From an uncultured delta proteobacterium (GTDB lineage Bacteria; Myxococcota; Myxococcia; Myxococcales; Myxococcaceae): 64,000 bases of DNA. Position 1 is the stretch's first letter, and every line of letters begins with the position of its first letter. The notes under the pieces are model-generated. The model searched no databases. It saw only the letters and a program-made list of their open reading frames with translations, and was not told the origin of the DNA. The translations under genes were made by a program, and so were the position numbers. Shown piece by piece: positions 1 through 9,149 of the stretch. The DNA is taken from the NCBI GenBank assembly GCA_963796055.1, contig CAWCKH010000002.1, positions 1 through 64,000 on the forward strand, given 5' to 3'.

Positions 1-185
1 GCGAGCTCTATCGAGCTGCACTGGCTAGCGATGCGAGGCCGTGAATGAAACAAGCCTGGCGCGACTCGAGAGGGCCGGATGAGCCATCTCCGACCTGAGG
101 AAACTCCTCGCGAAGATCGAGTCGAAGCGCGGCTACACCGTGATGGCCTTCGACGTCGCGCTCGCGCCGGGCGCTCCCCGGTTCC

Positions 186-974
186 CTAGGGTCGAGAATG
201 CGCCGCCGGGACCCGCGCCCACACCACCGGCGCGCTCCGGGAGGCATATTCGTGGCGCAATCCGAGCCCCCGAAGCATCGGCGTGTACCGGGCCGCCTTC
301 ACCAGGACGACCCGGCGCGCCACCCGGCGCGCCTCGGCCAGCACGTCGGCTCTGAGCGGCGATCGGTCTGCCAGACGGCGGAGCAGCTCGAACCCCGGCT
401 GGGCCGCGAGCGCACGCCCGAACATCGGATCGAAGAGCACCACGTCCACGCTCCGCGGCGGCATCGTGCGCAGGAGGCCGGCCGAGTCGGCGTGGCGCAC
501 CTCGATGCGCGCGCTCGCCGGCGATGTCTCCCGGCGCAACGTCGCGTCGGCGAGGACGGCGAGAGGCTGGCTCGACTCGATGCCGAGGACCGAACCGCCC
601 GGACCGACCAGCCGCGCCGCCACCCGGGCGTCCTGGGCGAACCCCAGCGTCGCGTCGAGAACGCGCTCCCCCGGCACCAGCTCGCCGAGGCGCTGGAGCG
701 GGTCCTCCGCCCTCCCCTTCTCGATCTCCTTGAGCCGCAGCGCCGCCAGACCCGGTCCACCGCGCGCGGACCCGAGCCGGTCCCGCAGCGACACCGCATC
801 CTCGCCGAACACCACCAGGACCCGCGCCTGGTCGAGCAGCCCACGCAGCGGCGCCTTCGGTCGACGCAACAAGAGCGGCAGTCCCCAGCGCTCGGCGCAG
901 GCCTCGGCCTCGGCCCGGAGCGCGGAGTCCGTCGACCCGCTGAGGGCCACGGCCAGGGAGAGCGCGGAATCCAT
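186..974 (-). CDS. Class I SAM-dependent methyltransferase (RsmJ/YhiQ-like)
   Basis: C-terminal part of ORF 186..3098 from MDSALSL; VLDATLGFAQD SAM-binding motif and VVLFDPMF motif. Confidence 0.8.
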   Translation of the reverse strand: MDSALSLAVALSGSTDSALRAEAEACAERWGLPLLLRRPKAPLRGLLDQARVLVVFGEDAVSLRDRLGSARGGPGLAALRLKEIEKGRAEDPLQRLGELVPGERVLDATLGFAQDARVAARLVGPGGSVLGIESSQPLAVLADATLRRETSPASARIEVRHADSAGLLRTMPPRSVDVVLFDPMFGRALAAQPGFELLRRLADRSPLRADVLAEARRVARRVVLVKAARYTPMLRGLGLRHEYASRSAPVVWARVPAAHSRP

Positions 975-988
975 CGGTCGGCAGTGAC

Positions 989-3115
989 TTACGCCGACCG
1001 CCGCGGCGACTCCATCATCTGCGGCAGCACCGAGCGGTTCCGGCCGTTCCGCTTGGCGAAGTAGAGACACTGGTCGGCGAGGTCGATCAGCTCCTGCTTG
1101 GCGGTCCCGTTGGCCGGCGCAGCCGCGATCCCCACCGAGATGGTGACGTGCAGCGGACCGAGCTCGGTCTGGAACACCTTGGCCTGGACGGCCTCGCGAA
1201 TGCGCTCGGCGATGACCAGGGCGCCCTTCCCGTCCGTCTCCGGCATGATGACCGCGAACTCCTCGCCGCCGTACCGCGCCACCAGGTCCGTGTCCCGTGC
1301 CTTCTCCCGGAGAATCTGCGCCACGCCCTTGAGCACCTGGTCCCCGATGGGGTGGCCGTGGGTGTCGTTCACCGACTTGAAGTGGTCCACGTCGGTCAGG
1401 AGCACCGAGCAGGCGCGTCCGTACCGCCGGGCCTGGGCCAGCGCCTCCTCGGCCCGCGCCTGGAACGCCCGGTGGTTCAGCAGGCCGGTCAGGCCATCCG
1501 TCGTCGCCAGCCGCTCGGTCTGGTCGAACAGCTGCGCCCGCAGCACCGCCTGCCCGGCCTGGAGCGCGATGACCTCCAGCATCCGCAGCGCGTCGTCGTC
1601 GAGCGACGCCTTGCGCCGCGCGCCCGCGACCAGCGTCCCGAGGATCCGATCGCCCGCGGCCAGCGGAAGAATCTTCAGCGCCCCGAGTCCCCGGACCCGC
1701 GTGTCGTCGTCGAACACCACCTGCCGGTCCATCGCCCGGAGATCGCGCCCCGGCAGCGGCGTCCCGTAGCGCACCACGTTCGCCACCAGGCCGTTGTTGT
1801 CCACGAACACGCGGCCCTCGAGCGTCTTGCCCGCCGGGCTCGCACCGCTGATGCGCGCGACCCGGTGCTCGCGCTTCCCATCGTGCTCGCTCACCAGGGT
1901 GATGGCGGCGAAGTCGAGGCCCGTGAGCTGCCGCGCCCCGTCGAGCACCGCACCGAACACCGATTCCAAATTTGCCGCGCGGTTGAGGTCCTCGATGGCC
2001 TTGAAGAACCGGCCCTTCTCGTCGCGGGCACGGCGTATCTCCACCAGCACCCGCTCGACCTCGATCGCCCGGAGCACCTCGCCGGCCAGCGTGCGGAGCA
2101 GGGCCTCGTCTCCGTCCTCGAACGGCGCGGGGTCCATCCGGTCGGCGAGGAGCACCCCGCGGAGCATTCCGCCCGCCTCGACCAGCGGCACGGCGCAGAC
2201 GGCCCTGGGCGCCGGGCCTCCGTCGTACCAGGTGACGCCGCGGAGACCGGAGGGAGACACCATCCTCACCGGGACCGACCGCTTCAGCACGCCTGCGAGG
2301 ATGCCCTCGCCGGCATTGACCGAGCCGCGCTGCACCCGCTCGGAACTGCTGCGGCAGTCGTGGAGGACCAGTGTCCGGTCGTCCGGAGCGAGCAGGAAGG
2401 CAGCGCAGGTGTGCGTCCGCAGCGCCAGCTCGCCGATCTCCAGCACCGAGCCCACCGCGCCCTCGACCTGCTTCACCGCGGCCAGCATCCAGTGGCTGCC
2501 GGGATCGGCCGCGGGGTCGGAGCTGCCGGCGCTCGCCAGGCGGTAGGTGCGCGCTCGCTCCTCCACCTCCTTGATGCGGGCCTTCACCGCCTCCTGCTCG
2601 GCGTGCCGGGCCAGCGCCAGCCGGGCGTTGAGCACGACGCGGTAGATGACCGAGAACAGCGCCAGGAACGCTGCATGGGTGGCGAAGGGGATCCACCCCG
2701 AGCGGAGGGTGAGCAGCGCCTCGAAGCCCAGCGCCAGCCCGAGCAGCAGTGCCGCCGGGACCGCGTCGAAGAAGCCCACCAGGCCGGCCATGACCACGTA
2801 GACCAGCGGGTGCACCCCGGGGCCGGCCAGGCCCACGACCATGTAGGCCGCGGCGACCAGCGGCGCCCCGAGCTCCAGATCGTCGCGCACCCGGGGACGG
2901 ATGCTGGACGGAATGCACAGCGCGCGGCGAACCCCCGCCACACAGAGGCCGCCGACGAGCCCCGCGGCCGCAGCCACCTCGTCCCAGCGCGGATCGACCA
3001 CCCCCCGCAGGCGCCCCTCCGCGAGGAGCCAGGCCACGGCGACCACCGAGGCCGGGCCGACCGAGCGGAAGAACAACCGCGCCGAGCGCGGCATCCATGC
3101 GGTGCGGAGGCTCAT
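989..3115 (-). CDS. dmxA: Membrane diguanylate cyclase (TM region, two GAF domains, GGDEF), DmxA-like
   Basis: N-terminal hydrophobic helices, two GAF-like segments, DGLTGLLNHR, DVDHFKSVND and RDTD...RYGGEEF (I-site plus active site); start overlaps the ftsB stop (ATGA). Confidence 0.85.
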   Translation of the reverse strand: MSLRTAWMPRSARLFFRSVGPASVVAVAWLLAEGRLRGVVDPRWDEVAAAAGLVGGLCVAGVRRALCIPSSIRPRVRDDLELGAPLVAAAYMVVGLAGPGVHPLVYVVMAGLVGFFDAVPAALLLGLALGFEALLTLRSGWIPFATHAAFLALFSVIYRVVLNARLALARHAEQEAVKARIKEVEERARTYRLASAGSSDPAADPGSHWMLAAVKQVEGAVGSVLEIGELALRTHTCAAFLLAPDDRTLVLHDCRSSSERVQRGSVNAGEGILAGVLKRSVPVRMVSPSGLRGVTWYDGGPAPRAVCAVPLVEAGGMLRGVLLADRMDPAPFEDGDEALLRTLAGEVLRAIEVERVLVEIRRARDEKGRFFKAIEDLNRAANLESVFGAVLDGARQLTGLDFAAITLVSEHDGKREHRVARISGASPAGKTLEGRVFVDNNGLVANVVRYGTPLPGRDLRAMDRQVVFDDDTRVRGLGALKILPLAAGDRILGTLVAGARRKASLDDDALRMLEVIALQAGQAVLRAQLFDQTERLATTDGLTGLLNHRAFQARAEEALAQARRYGRACSVLLTDVDHFKSVNDTHGHPIGDQVLKGVAQILREKARDTDLVARYGGEEFAVIMPETDGKGALVIAERIREAVQAKVFQTELGPLHVTISVGIAAAPANGTAKQELIDLADQCLYFAKRNGRNRSVLPQMMESPRRSA

Positions 3116-3390
3116 TCGAGGTGGATGACGATCTCGCCAGGCTTCACGAACCCCAGCTCCTCGCGGGCGGCGCGCTCGATCGCCGCCGGGTCGCTGCGGA
3201 GCCCATCGATCTCCCGGGAGAGCCGGAGATTCTCCTCCCGGAGCTGCGCGTTCCGCTGGGCCAGCCCGTCGGCCTGGGCCCGAAGGCGGGCGTGACGGCG
3301 GAAGCCACGTGGCTCGAACGCGCTGACCAGGGCGAGGACCAGAGACACCGCCGCCGCCAGCCTCCAGCCGTATCGCCGCATCCAGTCCAT
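3112..3390 (-). CDS. ftsB: Septum formation initiator (FtsB/DivIC family)
   Basis: Single TM helix, coiled coil, then IERAAREELGFVKPGE motif. Confidence 0.9.
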   Translation of the reverse strand: MDWMRRYGWRLAAAVSLVLALVSAFEPRGFRRHARLRAQADGLAQRNAQLREENLRLSREIDGLRSDPAAIERAAREELGFVKPGEIVIHLE

Positions 3391-3686
3391 CGCCGACACA
3401 GGACGGTAGCAGTGGGCCGATCCCCCGCAAGAAAGCCGCTGATTGGGTGGCTGACCCGGGTGGGAAGGGGTTCCACCTCGCGGTCATCGACGGGCCAGAC
3501 GGTTGCGCACGGCCGGCGAGCGCACGGCAGGAAGCCACGCGCTGGGACTGACCCGCCGCGCGCCCCGTGACAATCGTCCACGGAGTCGGATGCGACCAAG
3601 GTCCCACGCGCTTCCGATGAGGATCCGCTCCGGCCCGGGTCGTTAAGGGTCTGGAGGTGGCCTCACACCTCCTCTGGAGGTGCTCC

Positions 3687-4550
3687 ATGTCACGCACATC
3701 GCTGCTCGGACTCAGGCTCCTACTTCTCGCCGGCCTTGCCGTGGCACCCACCGCACTCGCTCAGCGCTTCACCGAGCTTCGGTCAGGTTCGGTCCTCTGG
3801 ACGAACGGCGTGCTGTCGGATCCGCTGAATGGGCGTTGGCAGCTCCGGATGCAGGGCGACTGTAACCTCGTGCTCTACAGGGACAACTCCGCCCAGTGGA
3901 AGACCGACACCGCCGGGCGCGGAGTCAGCTGCTACCTGGCGATGGGAGGAGACGGGAACCTGGTCGTCTACAACGGCTACTCCGCCGTCTGGGCCTCCAA
4001 CACCGGTGGCAATTCCGGGGCGCGCCTCCGGCTCTACGCCGATGGAGGGCTCTACATCGCGCGCCAGGTGGATGACTGGCGGATCTGGTGGGCGCAGCCG
4101 GTTCCCGGCAACTGGGGCCAGAATCCGTGGACCCACAACACCACCGGTCAGCTCGGCGCGAATCAGACGCTCTGGAACGGCGACGTCCTGAGCTCACCCA
4201 GCGGCAAGTACAACCTGGACATGCAGAGTGACTGCAACCTCGTTCTCTACACCCTGACCGTGTGGTCCGGACGCGAGTACTGGTGGCGCTGGACGGAGCT
4301 GGTCGGCAGCGTCTACCCGACCCAGCCCATCGGAGCGACCTCGACCTCGTGGTACTCCGCGGAGTGCCGGGCGGTGATGCAAGGAGATGGAAACTTCGTC
4401 GTTTATGACTACGCGAACCGGGTGATCGCCAAGTCGGACACCTATTCTCCGGGCGCGTTTCTCCGCCTGCAGGACGACGGGAACCTGGTCATCTACGACC
4501 GGGTGGGCCGCCCGATCTGGGCGACCGGAACCGTGAACCACAGCGGCTAG
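3687..4550 (+). CDS. Secreted tandem bulb-type (GNA/mannose-binding) lectin
   Basis: GGAGG RBS, signal peptide, QxDxNxVxY-type motifs (MQGDCNLVLY, MGGDGNLVVY, MQSDCNLVLY, MQGDGNFVVY, LQDDGNLVIY) in two domains. Confidence 0.9.
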   Translation: MSRTSLLGLRLLLLAGLAVAPTALAQRFTELRSGSVLWTNGVLSDPLNGRWQLRMQGDCNLVLYRDNSAQWKTDTAGRGVSCYLAMGGDGNLVVYNGYSAVWASNTGGNSGARLRLYADGGLYIARQVDDWRIWWAQPVPGNWGQNPWTHNTTGQLGANQTLWNGDVLSSPSGKYNLDMQSDCNLVLYTLTVWSGREYWWRWTELVGSVYPTQPIGATSTSWYSAECRAVMQGDGNFVVYDYANRVIAKSDTYSPGAFLRLQDDGNLVIYDRVGRPIWATGTVNHSG

Positions 4551-4621
4551 GACCCGACCGCCGGCTGGGCGGCGGCGGCCAGCTCATCCCAGCGGGATCG
4601 GCCACTGCTCGCCGGGCTGGG

Positions 4622-5581
4622 TCAGCTCGGCATCAGCGCCTTGAACCTCGGCGGTTCCTCGCCGAGCCACTGGGGGTGCTCGGCGGTCGAGTCGAAGATG
4701 GAGGTGGTCTTGAACAGCTCGAACTCGCCCCGCGAGGCCGCCTCCCGGGTCCTCGCCAGCAGGGCCTGAACCTGCGCGTCGGTCATCGGGCGAAACGAGC
4801 GCGCCGCATCCAGAGCCTGTTCGAGAATCTCCATGCTGTCGCAGCCAGTGATGACCACGGAGGTGGGGAGGTTCAGAGCGTAGTGGAGGCACTCCACCGG
4901 ACTGACCGTCCTCGACTTCAGGATGATGCCGTTGGCCATGCTCTTCATGCCCAGCACGCCGATCCGCTGCCGGACCAGCTCGGGAACGACCAGCTTTTCG
5001 AAGCTGCGGTAGTGCGCATCCATGACGTTGAGCGGCATCTGCGCGGTGTCGAAGGTGAAGCCGTGCTCTCGCGCGACCTCCAGCATGTGGAGGTGGATGT
5101 GCGGGTCCTTGTGTCCGGTGAACCCGATGAAGCGAATCTTCCCCGCCTGCCGGGCCTCGACCAGCGCGGCATTGGCCCCTTCCTCGTCGAAGATCCGGTG
5201 CGGGTCCTCGTACCGGATGACCTCGTGGTGCTGGACCAGGTCGATGCGATCGGTCTGGAACCGGCGGAGCGACTCGTCGAGCTGCCGGGCGGCCTCACGC
5301 TTCGACCGTCCGTCGATCTTGGTCATCAGGAAGGCCCTGTCCCGGTACCCATCGCGGAGCGCCTTCCCCACCCGCTGCTCGCTCTTGCCGTCGTTGTAGT
5401 CCCAGGAGTTGTCGAGGAAGTTGATCCCCTCGTCGATCGCCCGCCGGACGATGCGCAGCGCAAGCTGCTCGTCGACGTTCGGCAGCCCGAGGTGCCAACC
5501 GCCGAGACCGATCGCCGACACGCGCTCCCCCGTCCGGCCGAGCTCGCGGTACGGGAGTCTTTGCTCCCTCGGCCTCTCCAT
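4622..5581 (-). CDS. Aldo/keto reductase
   Basis: LGRTGERVSAIGLGG, DNSWDY, LDESLRRFQTDRIDLVQHH, GKIRFIGFTGH. Confidence 0.9.
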   Translation of the reverse strand: MERPREQRLPYRELGRTGERVSAIGLGGWHLGLPNVDEQLALRIVRRAIDEGINFLDNSWDYNDGKSEQRVGKALRDGYRDRAFLMTKIDGRSKREAARQLDESLRRFQTDRIDLVQHHEVIRYEDPHRIFDEEGANAALVEARQAGKIRFIGFTGHKDPHIHLHMLEVAREHGFTFDTAQMPLNVMDAHYRSFEKLVVPELVRQRIGVLGMKSMANGIILKSRTVSPVECLHYALNLPTSVVITGCDSMEILEQALDAARSFRPMTDAQVQALLARTREAASRGEFELFKTTSIFDSTAEHPQWLGEEPPRFKALMPS

Positions 5582-5701
5582 GAGCACGCCTCCGGGCTCT
5601 GCGCGCCGGAAGCGTGACCCGCCCTCCGACGCCCGAGCGAACATACGGACGGCGCGATGCCGCTGCCGCTGCGCGAGCGCCGGGGGGCGGCCGCGGCAGG
5701 C

Positions 5702-5794
5702 GCCGAGAGGCTATAGCAACAACCTCGACGGAGTGTGAACCCTGCGGACGAGGCTCCGCTGGGTTGCAAGTAGTTGTGGCTATAGCTTCTGGGC
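5702..5794. repeat. Inverted-repeat cassette, copy 1 (22-bp arms, 49-bp spacer)
   Basis: GCCGAGAGGCTATAGCAACAAC (5702-5723) and GTTGTGGCTATAGCTTCTGGGC (5773-5794, 3 mismatches); left arm identical to 59581-59602. Confidence 0.85.
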
Positions 5795-6007
5795 ACAACG
5801 TGGCGCCCGGCCCCACGCGCCGGCATGGCCAGAACTGCTGCAGCCCATCGCGAGCGCCGGAGACCGCGCAGGCCGAGCGGGACGACCACAGAGCGCGGAC
5901 CCCTCCTCGACTCGACTCCCCTCCCTGCAAGGTTCGTCCATCCGCAGCTCACACTGACGGCGGGCCGAGACGAGCACGCACCCGCTTCGACTCCTGGCCG
6001 ACGAGCA

Positions 6008-7429
6008 CTACTCGAACAGGAACACGTTCGGTCGGGGGAACCCCTGCGGATCCGCACCTCCGAAGAGCAGCACCCGGCCGTTCCCCAGCAAAGTGACCGT
6101 GGCGTTGCGCCCGGCCGGGTCCAGTCGGGGCCCCGGAGCCCACTGGCCAGTGGAGGGATTGAACAGCTCCGTCTGGGGCACGGACACGTTGAACTGGTCC
6201 ATGCTCGGGAAGCCCCCCACCGCCAGCACCCTCCCATCGGTGAGGAGGACTGCCGAATGATCACCGCGGGCGACCTGGAAGCTTCCGAGCGCGGAGAACT
6301 TGCCGGTCGTCGGATCGAACACCTCCGAGGCAGCCAGCGTGCCGTCCCCTTCGGCCGGGTCGCCGCCTCCGAAGCCACCGCTGATCAGCACCCGGCCGTC
6401 CTGGAGGAGCGTCGCGCGGTGCAGAGCCCGCCGCAGGGTGAGGTGATCGGTGAGCTGGAACCTCCCCGTGCTCGGGTCATACAGCTCGGCGGCCGCGCTG
6501 TACTCCTCGCCGGTGCTGTCGCAGCACACGATTCCTCCGGCAATGAGCACCCGCCCGTCGGCGAGCAGGGTCGCGGTGTGTTCCCGCCTGCCCACCACCA
6601 TGTCCTCGCCCTGGGTCCACTCTCCGGTGGCCGGATCGTACGTCTCGCTGGAACGAGACCCTCCCAGCCCGCCGCCGGTCATCAGCACCCGCCCATCGGC
6701 AAGCAAGGTGGCCGCCGCATCGCCGGAGCGCAGGGTCTTGAGATCTCCGACCCGCTTGAACTGCCCTGTGGCAGGGTCGAACCGCTGACTCAGCGCACCG
6801 GGGTGGATTCCGAGGCCAACGGCGGCGTTGATCCCGCCTCCCGCCAGGAGGAACGCGCCTCCTTGCAGCGGCACCGGGATGGTGAATTCCCGGTCCCGCG
6901 CGCTGAGCACCAGCCGCGGGCCCGCGGAGAGCTCCTCGGTGGTCACGTCGAAGCGCTGGGTGTCGTCCAGGTCCGGCGTGTTGATCGCCTCGGAGGTGTT
7001 GCCGCCCATCAGGAGCGCACTTCCATCGGGGAGGACCATCGCCACGTGTGCTTGCCGTGCCACCGGTGAGTCAGGGAGCGGCCGGATCCGATCGCGGTAG
7101 TGCACGGCCACGGTCAGCTGCGACACGGCCTGCTGCCCGTCCCGCCGCACCTTCAACACGAAGGTCGTGCTCCGCGACAGCACTCCGGTCTGGACCGCCT
7201 GTCCGCTCTGGACCGGGCCGAGGCCCTGGATCTCCGCGCTCCCCCCGCTGAACACTCCAACCAGCTGTGCCCGCTCTCCGACGGGAGTGGAGTCCCGATC
7301 CGCGCGGAAGTCCTGGATCGACGGCGGATCCATCCCCGGATCCGGGGACGGCGACGGGCCGGGTGAAGCCGACATGCCGCAGGCGGAGGCGACGAGGAGA
7401 ACGAGCGGGCCGAGGCGGAAGGCGATCAC
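6008..7429 (-). CDS. Kelch-repeat lipoprotein
   Basis: Lipobox-like ASAC; repeated HxATLLxDGRVLxxGG...ELYDP units; GTG start estimated. Confidence 0.85.
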   Translation of the reverse strand: MIAFRLGPLVLLVASACGMSASPGPSPSPDPGMDPPSIQDFRADRDSTPVGERAQLVGVFSGGSAEIQGLGPVQSGQAVQTGVLSRSTTFVLKVRRDGQQAVSQLTVAVHYRDRIRPLPDSPVARQAHVAMVLPDGSALLMGGNTSEAINTPDLDDTQRFDVTTEELSAGPRLVLSARDREFTIPVPLQGGAFLLAGGGINAAVGLGIHPGALSQRFDPATGQFKRVGDLKTLRSGDAAATLLADGRVLMTGGGLGGSRSSETYDPATGEWTQGEDMVVGRREHTATLLADGRVLIAGGIVCCDSTGEEYSAAAELYDPSTGRFQLTDHLTLRRALHRATLLQDGRVLISGGFGGGDPAEGDGTLAASEVFDPTTGKFSALGSFQVARGDHSAVLLTDGRVLAVGGFPSMDQFNVSVPQTELFNPSTGQWAPGPRLDPAGRNATVTLLGNGRVLLFGGADPQGFPRPNVFLFE

Positions 7430-7487
7430 CTGCCAAGGACACACCGACTGCCTCGGGTTGCGCCGGCTACCCATTCTCGGGAGGCGC

Positions 7488-8033
7488 TCAACGGGGAGGC
7501 GTCTTCCGCAGCGCCTCGTCGATGAGCGGCTCGAGCGTCCCCTTCTCCGCCACCCCGGCGTAAACCGTCACCACCCGCCCGTCGCGCCCGATGACCAGCG
7601 TGGTCGGCAACAGCCCGACCTTCCCGAACGCCGTCTGCCCGTTGCGGAGCGCATTGTCGGCGATGAGCACCGGAAACCGCAGCCCCAGCTGATCGGCGAA
7701 GGGCCGCAAGACCTGAGGCCCCTCGAGATCCATGCCCACCGCCACCGCCACCAGCCCGCGCGCCTGGTTGTGGTCGTAGATTTCCTGGAGCCGCGGCGCG
7801 GTGGCGATGCAGGGAAAGCACCAGGTGGCGAGGAACTGCACCACCACCACCTTGCCGCCGAGCTGGCTTCCATCGAGCCAGCCGCCTCCCAGGACAGGCA
7901 AGCGCTGGAGCTCCGCCAGGTACGGCGAGGCATCTATTTTCGGTGGAGGGTTGCCAGACTGCCCCGCGCACCCGGCCACCACCAGCCCGAGCGCGACCAC
8001 GGCCCCGGCCACATGGCGCCTCGCGGGCCTCAT
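7488..8033 (-). CDS. TlpA-family thioredoxin-fold lipoprotein
   Basis: VAGC lipobox, FLATWCFPC (CxxC), LPTTLVIGRDG. Confidence 0.9.
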   Translation of the reverse strand: MRPARRHVAGAVVALGLVVAGCAGQSGNPPPKIDASPYLAELQRLPVLGGGWLDGSQLGGKVVVVQFLATWCFPCIATAPRLQEIYDHNQARGLVAVAVGMDLEGPQVLRPFADQLGLRFPVLIADNALRNGQTAFGKVGLLPTTLVIGRDGRVVTVYAGVAEKGTLEPLIDEALRKTPPR

Positions 8034-8035
8034 GC

Positions 8036-8503
8036 TCACGCCCGAGGCGAATCTCCCCCGGAGATTGCTCGCTGGCACGACTCGCAGAAGCCGTAGAGCT
8101 CCATCTTGTGCGAGGTGACCTGGAACCCATGCTGGCGCGCCACCTTGTCCTGGAGGGCCTCGATGCGGTCGTTCTCGAACTCGACGATGGTCCCGCAGCG
8201 GGTGCAGATGAGGTGGTCGTGATGGTGCCGGCCCACCGCCGCCTCGTACCGGGTCTGGCCATCGCCAAAGTTCCGCGCGTGGGCCAGCCCGCACTCGTGC
8301 AGCAGCTTCATCGTCCGGTACACCGTGGCCACCGACACCCGCGCGTCGTGCTCCCGCACCTTGGCCCAGAGCTCCTCCACGGAGAGGTGCCCACCCAGCG
8401 AGAAGAAGGTGTCGATGATCAGGCTCCGCTGCCGCGTGCTCTTCAGCCCGTGCTCGGCCATGTAGCGGCTGAGGAGCTCCGATCTGCTCTCGGGATGGCT
8501 CAC
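8036..8503 (-). CDS. Fur-family transcriptional regulator
   Basis: ATVYRTMKLL, HHHDHLICTRCG, C-terminal CESC. Confidence 0.93.
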   Translation of the reverse strand: MSHPESRSELLSRYMAEHGLKSTRQRSLIIDTFFSLGGHLSVEELWAKVREHDARVSVATVYRTMKLLHECGLAHARNFGDGQTRYEAAVGRHHHDHLICTRCGTIVEFENDRIEALQDKVARQHGFQVTSHKMELYGFCESCQRAISGGDSPRA

Positions 8504-9093
8504 AGGAAACGCCGCCTCCAGGCCTCCACGGCTTGCGGGTCCTCCGGCGACCCGAGGTCCACCCCCGTCAATCGGACGAGGGACTTGTACGCCTCCGCAC
8601 GCACGGTGGGGTCCGGGTCCGACAGGGCCTGGACCAGGGCAGGAACATAACCCCGCCCCTCCGGACGGTAGCGCGCCAGCTCGGCTGCGAGCGCCCGGAG
8701 CCGGGGGTCCGGGTCCTCCAGCGCCTGCCCCAGAGGCGTGGCGGCGGGGGTGTAGGGGACCCGCGACGAGGGCAGGAGCAGAAGGAGGACCACCACCGCC
8801 AGTCCGACCTGGAAAAATGCCTTGCTTGCCGGGTACTTACGCTTGCTGGCCAGCCCGAACCGGTACACGGCGAAGCAGGCCACGAAGACCGCGAACACCC
8901 AGGGAGTGACGCGCTCCAGGGGGATCGGGAGCCGGCCTGGGAAGCTACGGCCGAAGAAGGCCAGGCCGGCCGACGCGACCAGCAGGACGTACAGCGCCAC
9001 GGCGAGACCGCGACCCAGGGGCAGGCCCCCGACAGACGGGGCCTCGTCGACTTGCGCACCTGCCCCTCTGCTTAGATTGTGTTCCGGAGTCAT
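8500..9093 (-). CDS. Membrane protein with C-terminal HEAT repeats
   Basis: Three hydrophobic helices, then ALEDPDPRLR and ALSDPDPTVR repeats. Confidence 0.7.
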   Translation of the reverse strand: MTPEHNLSRGAGAQVDEAPSVGGLPLGRGLAVALYVLLVASAGLAFFGRSFPGRLPIPLERVTPWVFAVFVACFAVYRFGLASKRKYPASKAFFQVGLAVVVLLLLLPSSRVPYTPAATPLGQALEDPDPRLRALAAELARYRPEGRGYVPALVQALSDPDPTVRAEAYKSLVRLTGVDLGSPEDPQAVEAWRRRFL

Positions 9094-9149
9094 CGAAACC
9101 GACCGGTGGCGCCCACTCGGGGATGCTACTGGTTCCATCCGACCCCTTC

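Noticed and set aside
41..355. Plus-strand frame with an in-frame TGA (VNETSLARLERAG*AISDLRKLL...), possible selenoprotein or pseudogene
   Set aside because: No recognisable family or SECIS; it lies at the window edge and overlaps the methyltransferase 3' end
186..3098. Single 970-aa protein
   Set aside because: Only the last 262 aa are a methyltransferase; the rest is an off-frame read of the diguanylate cyclase
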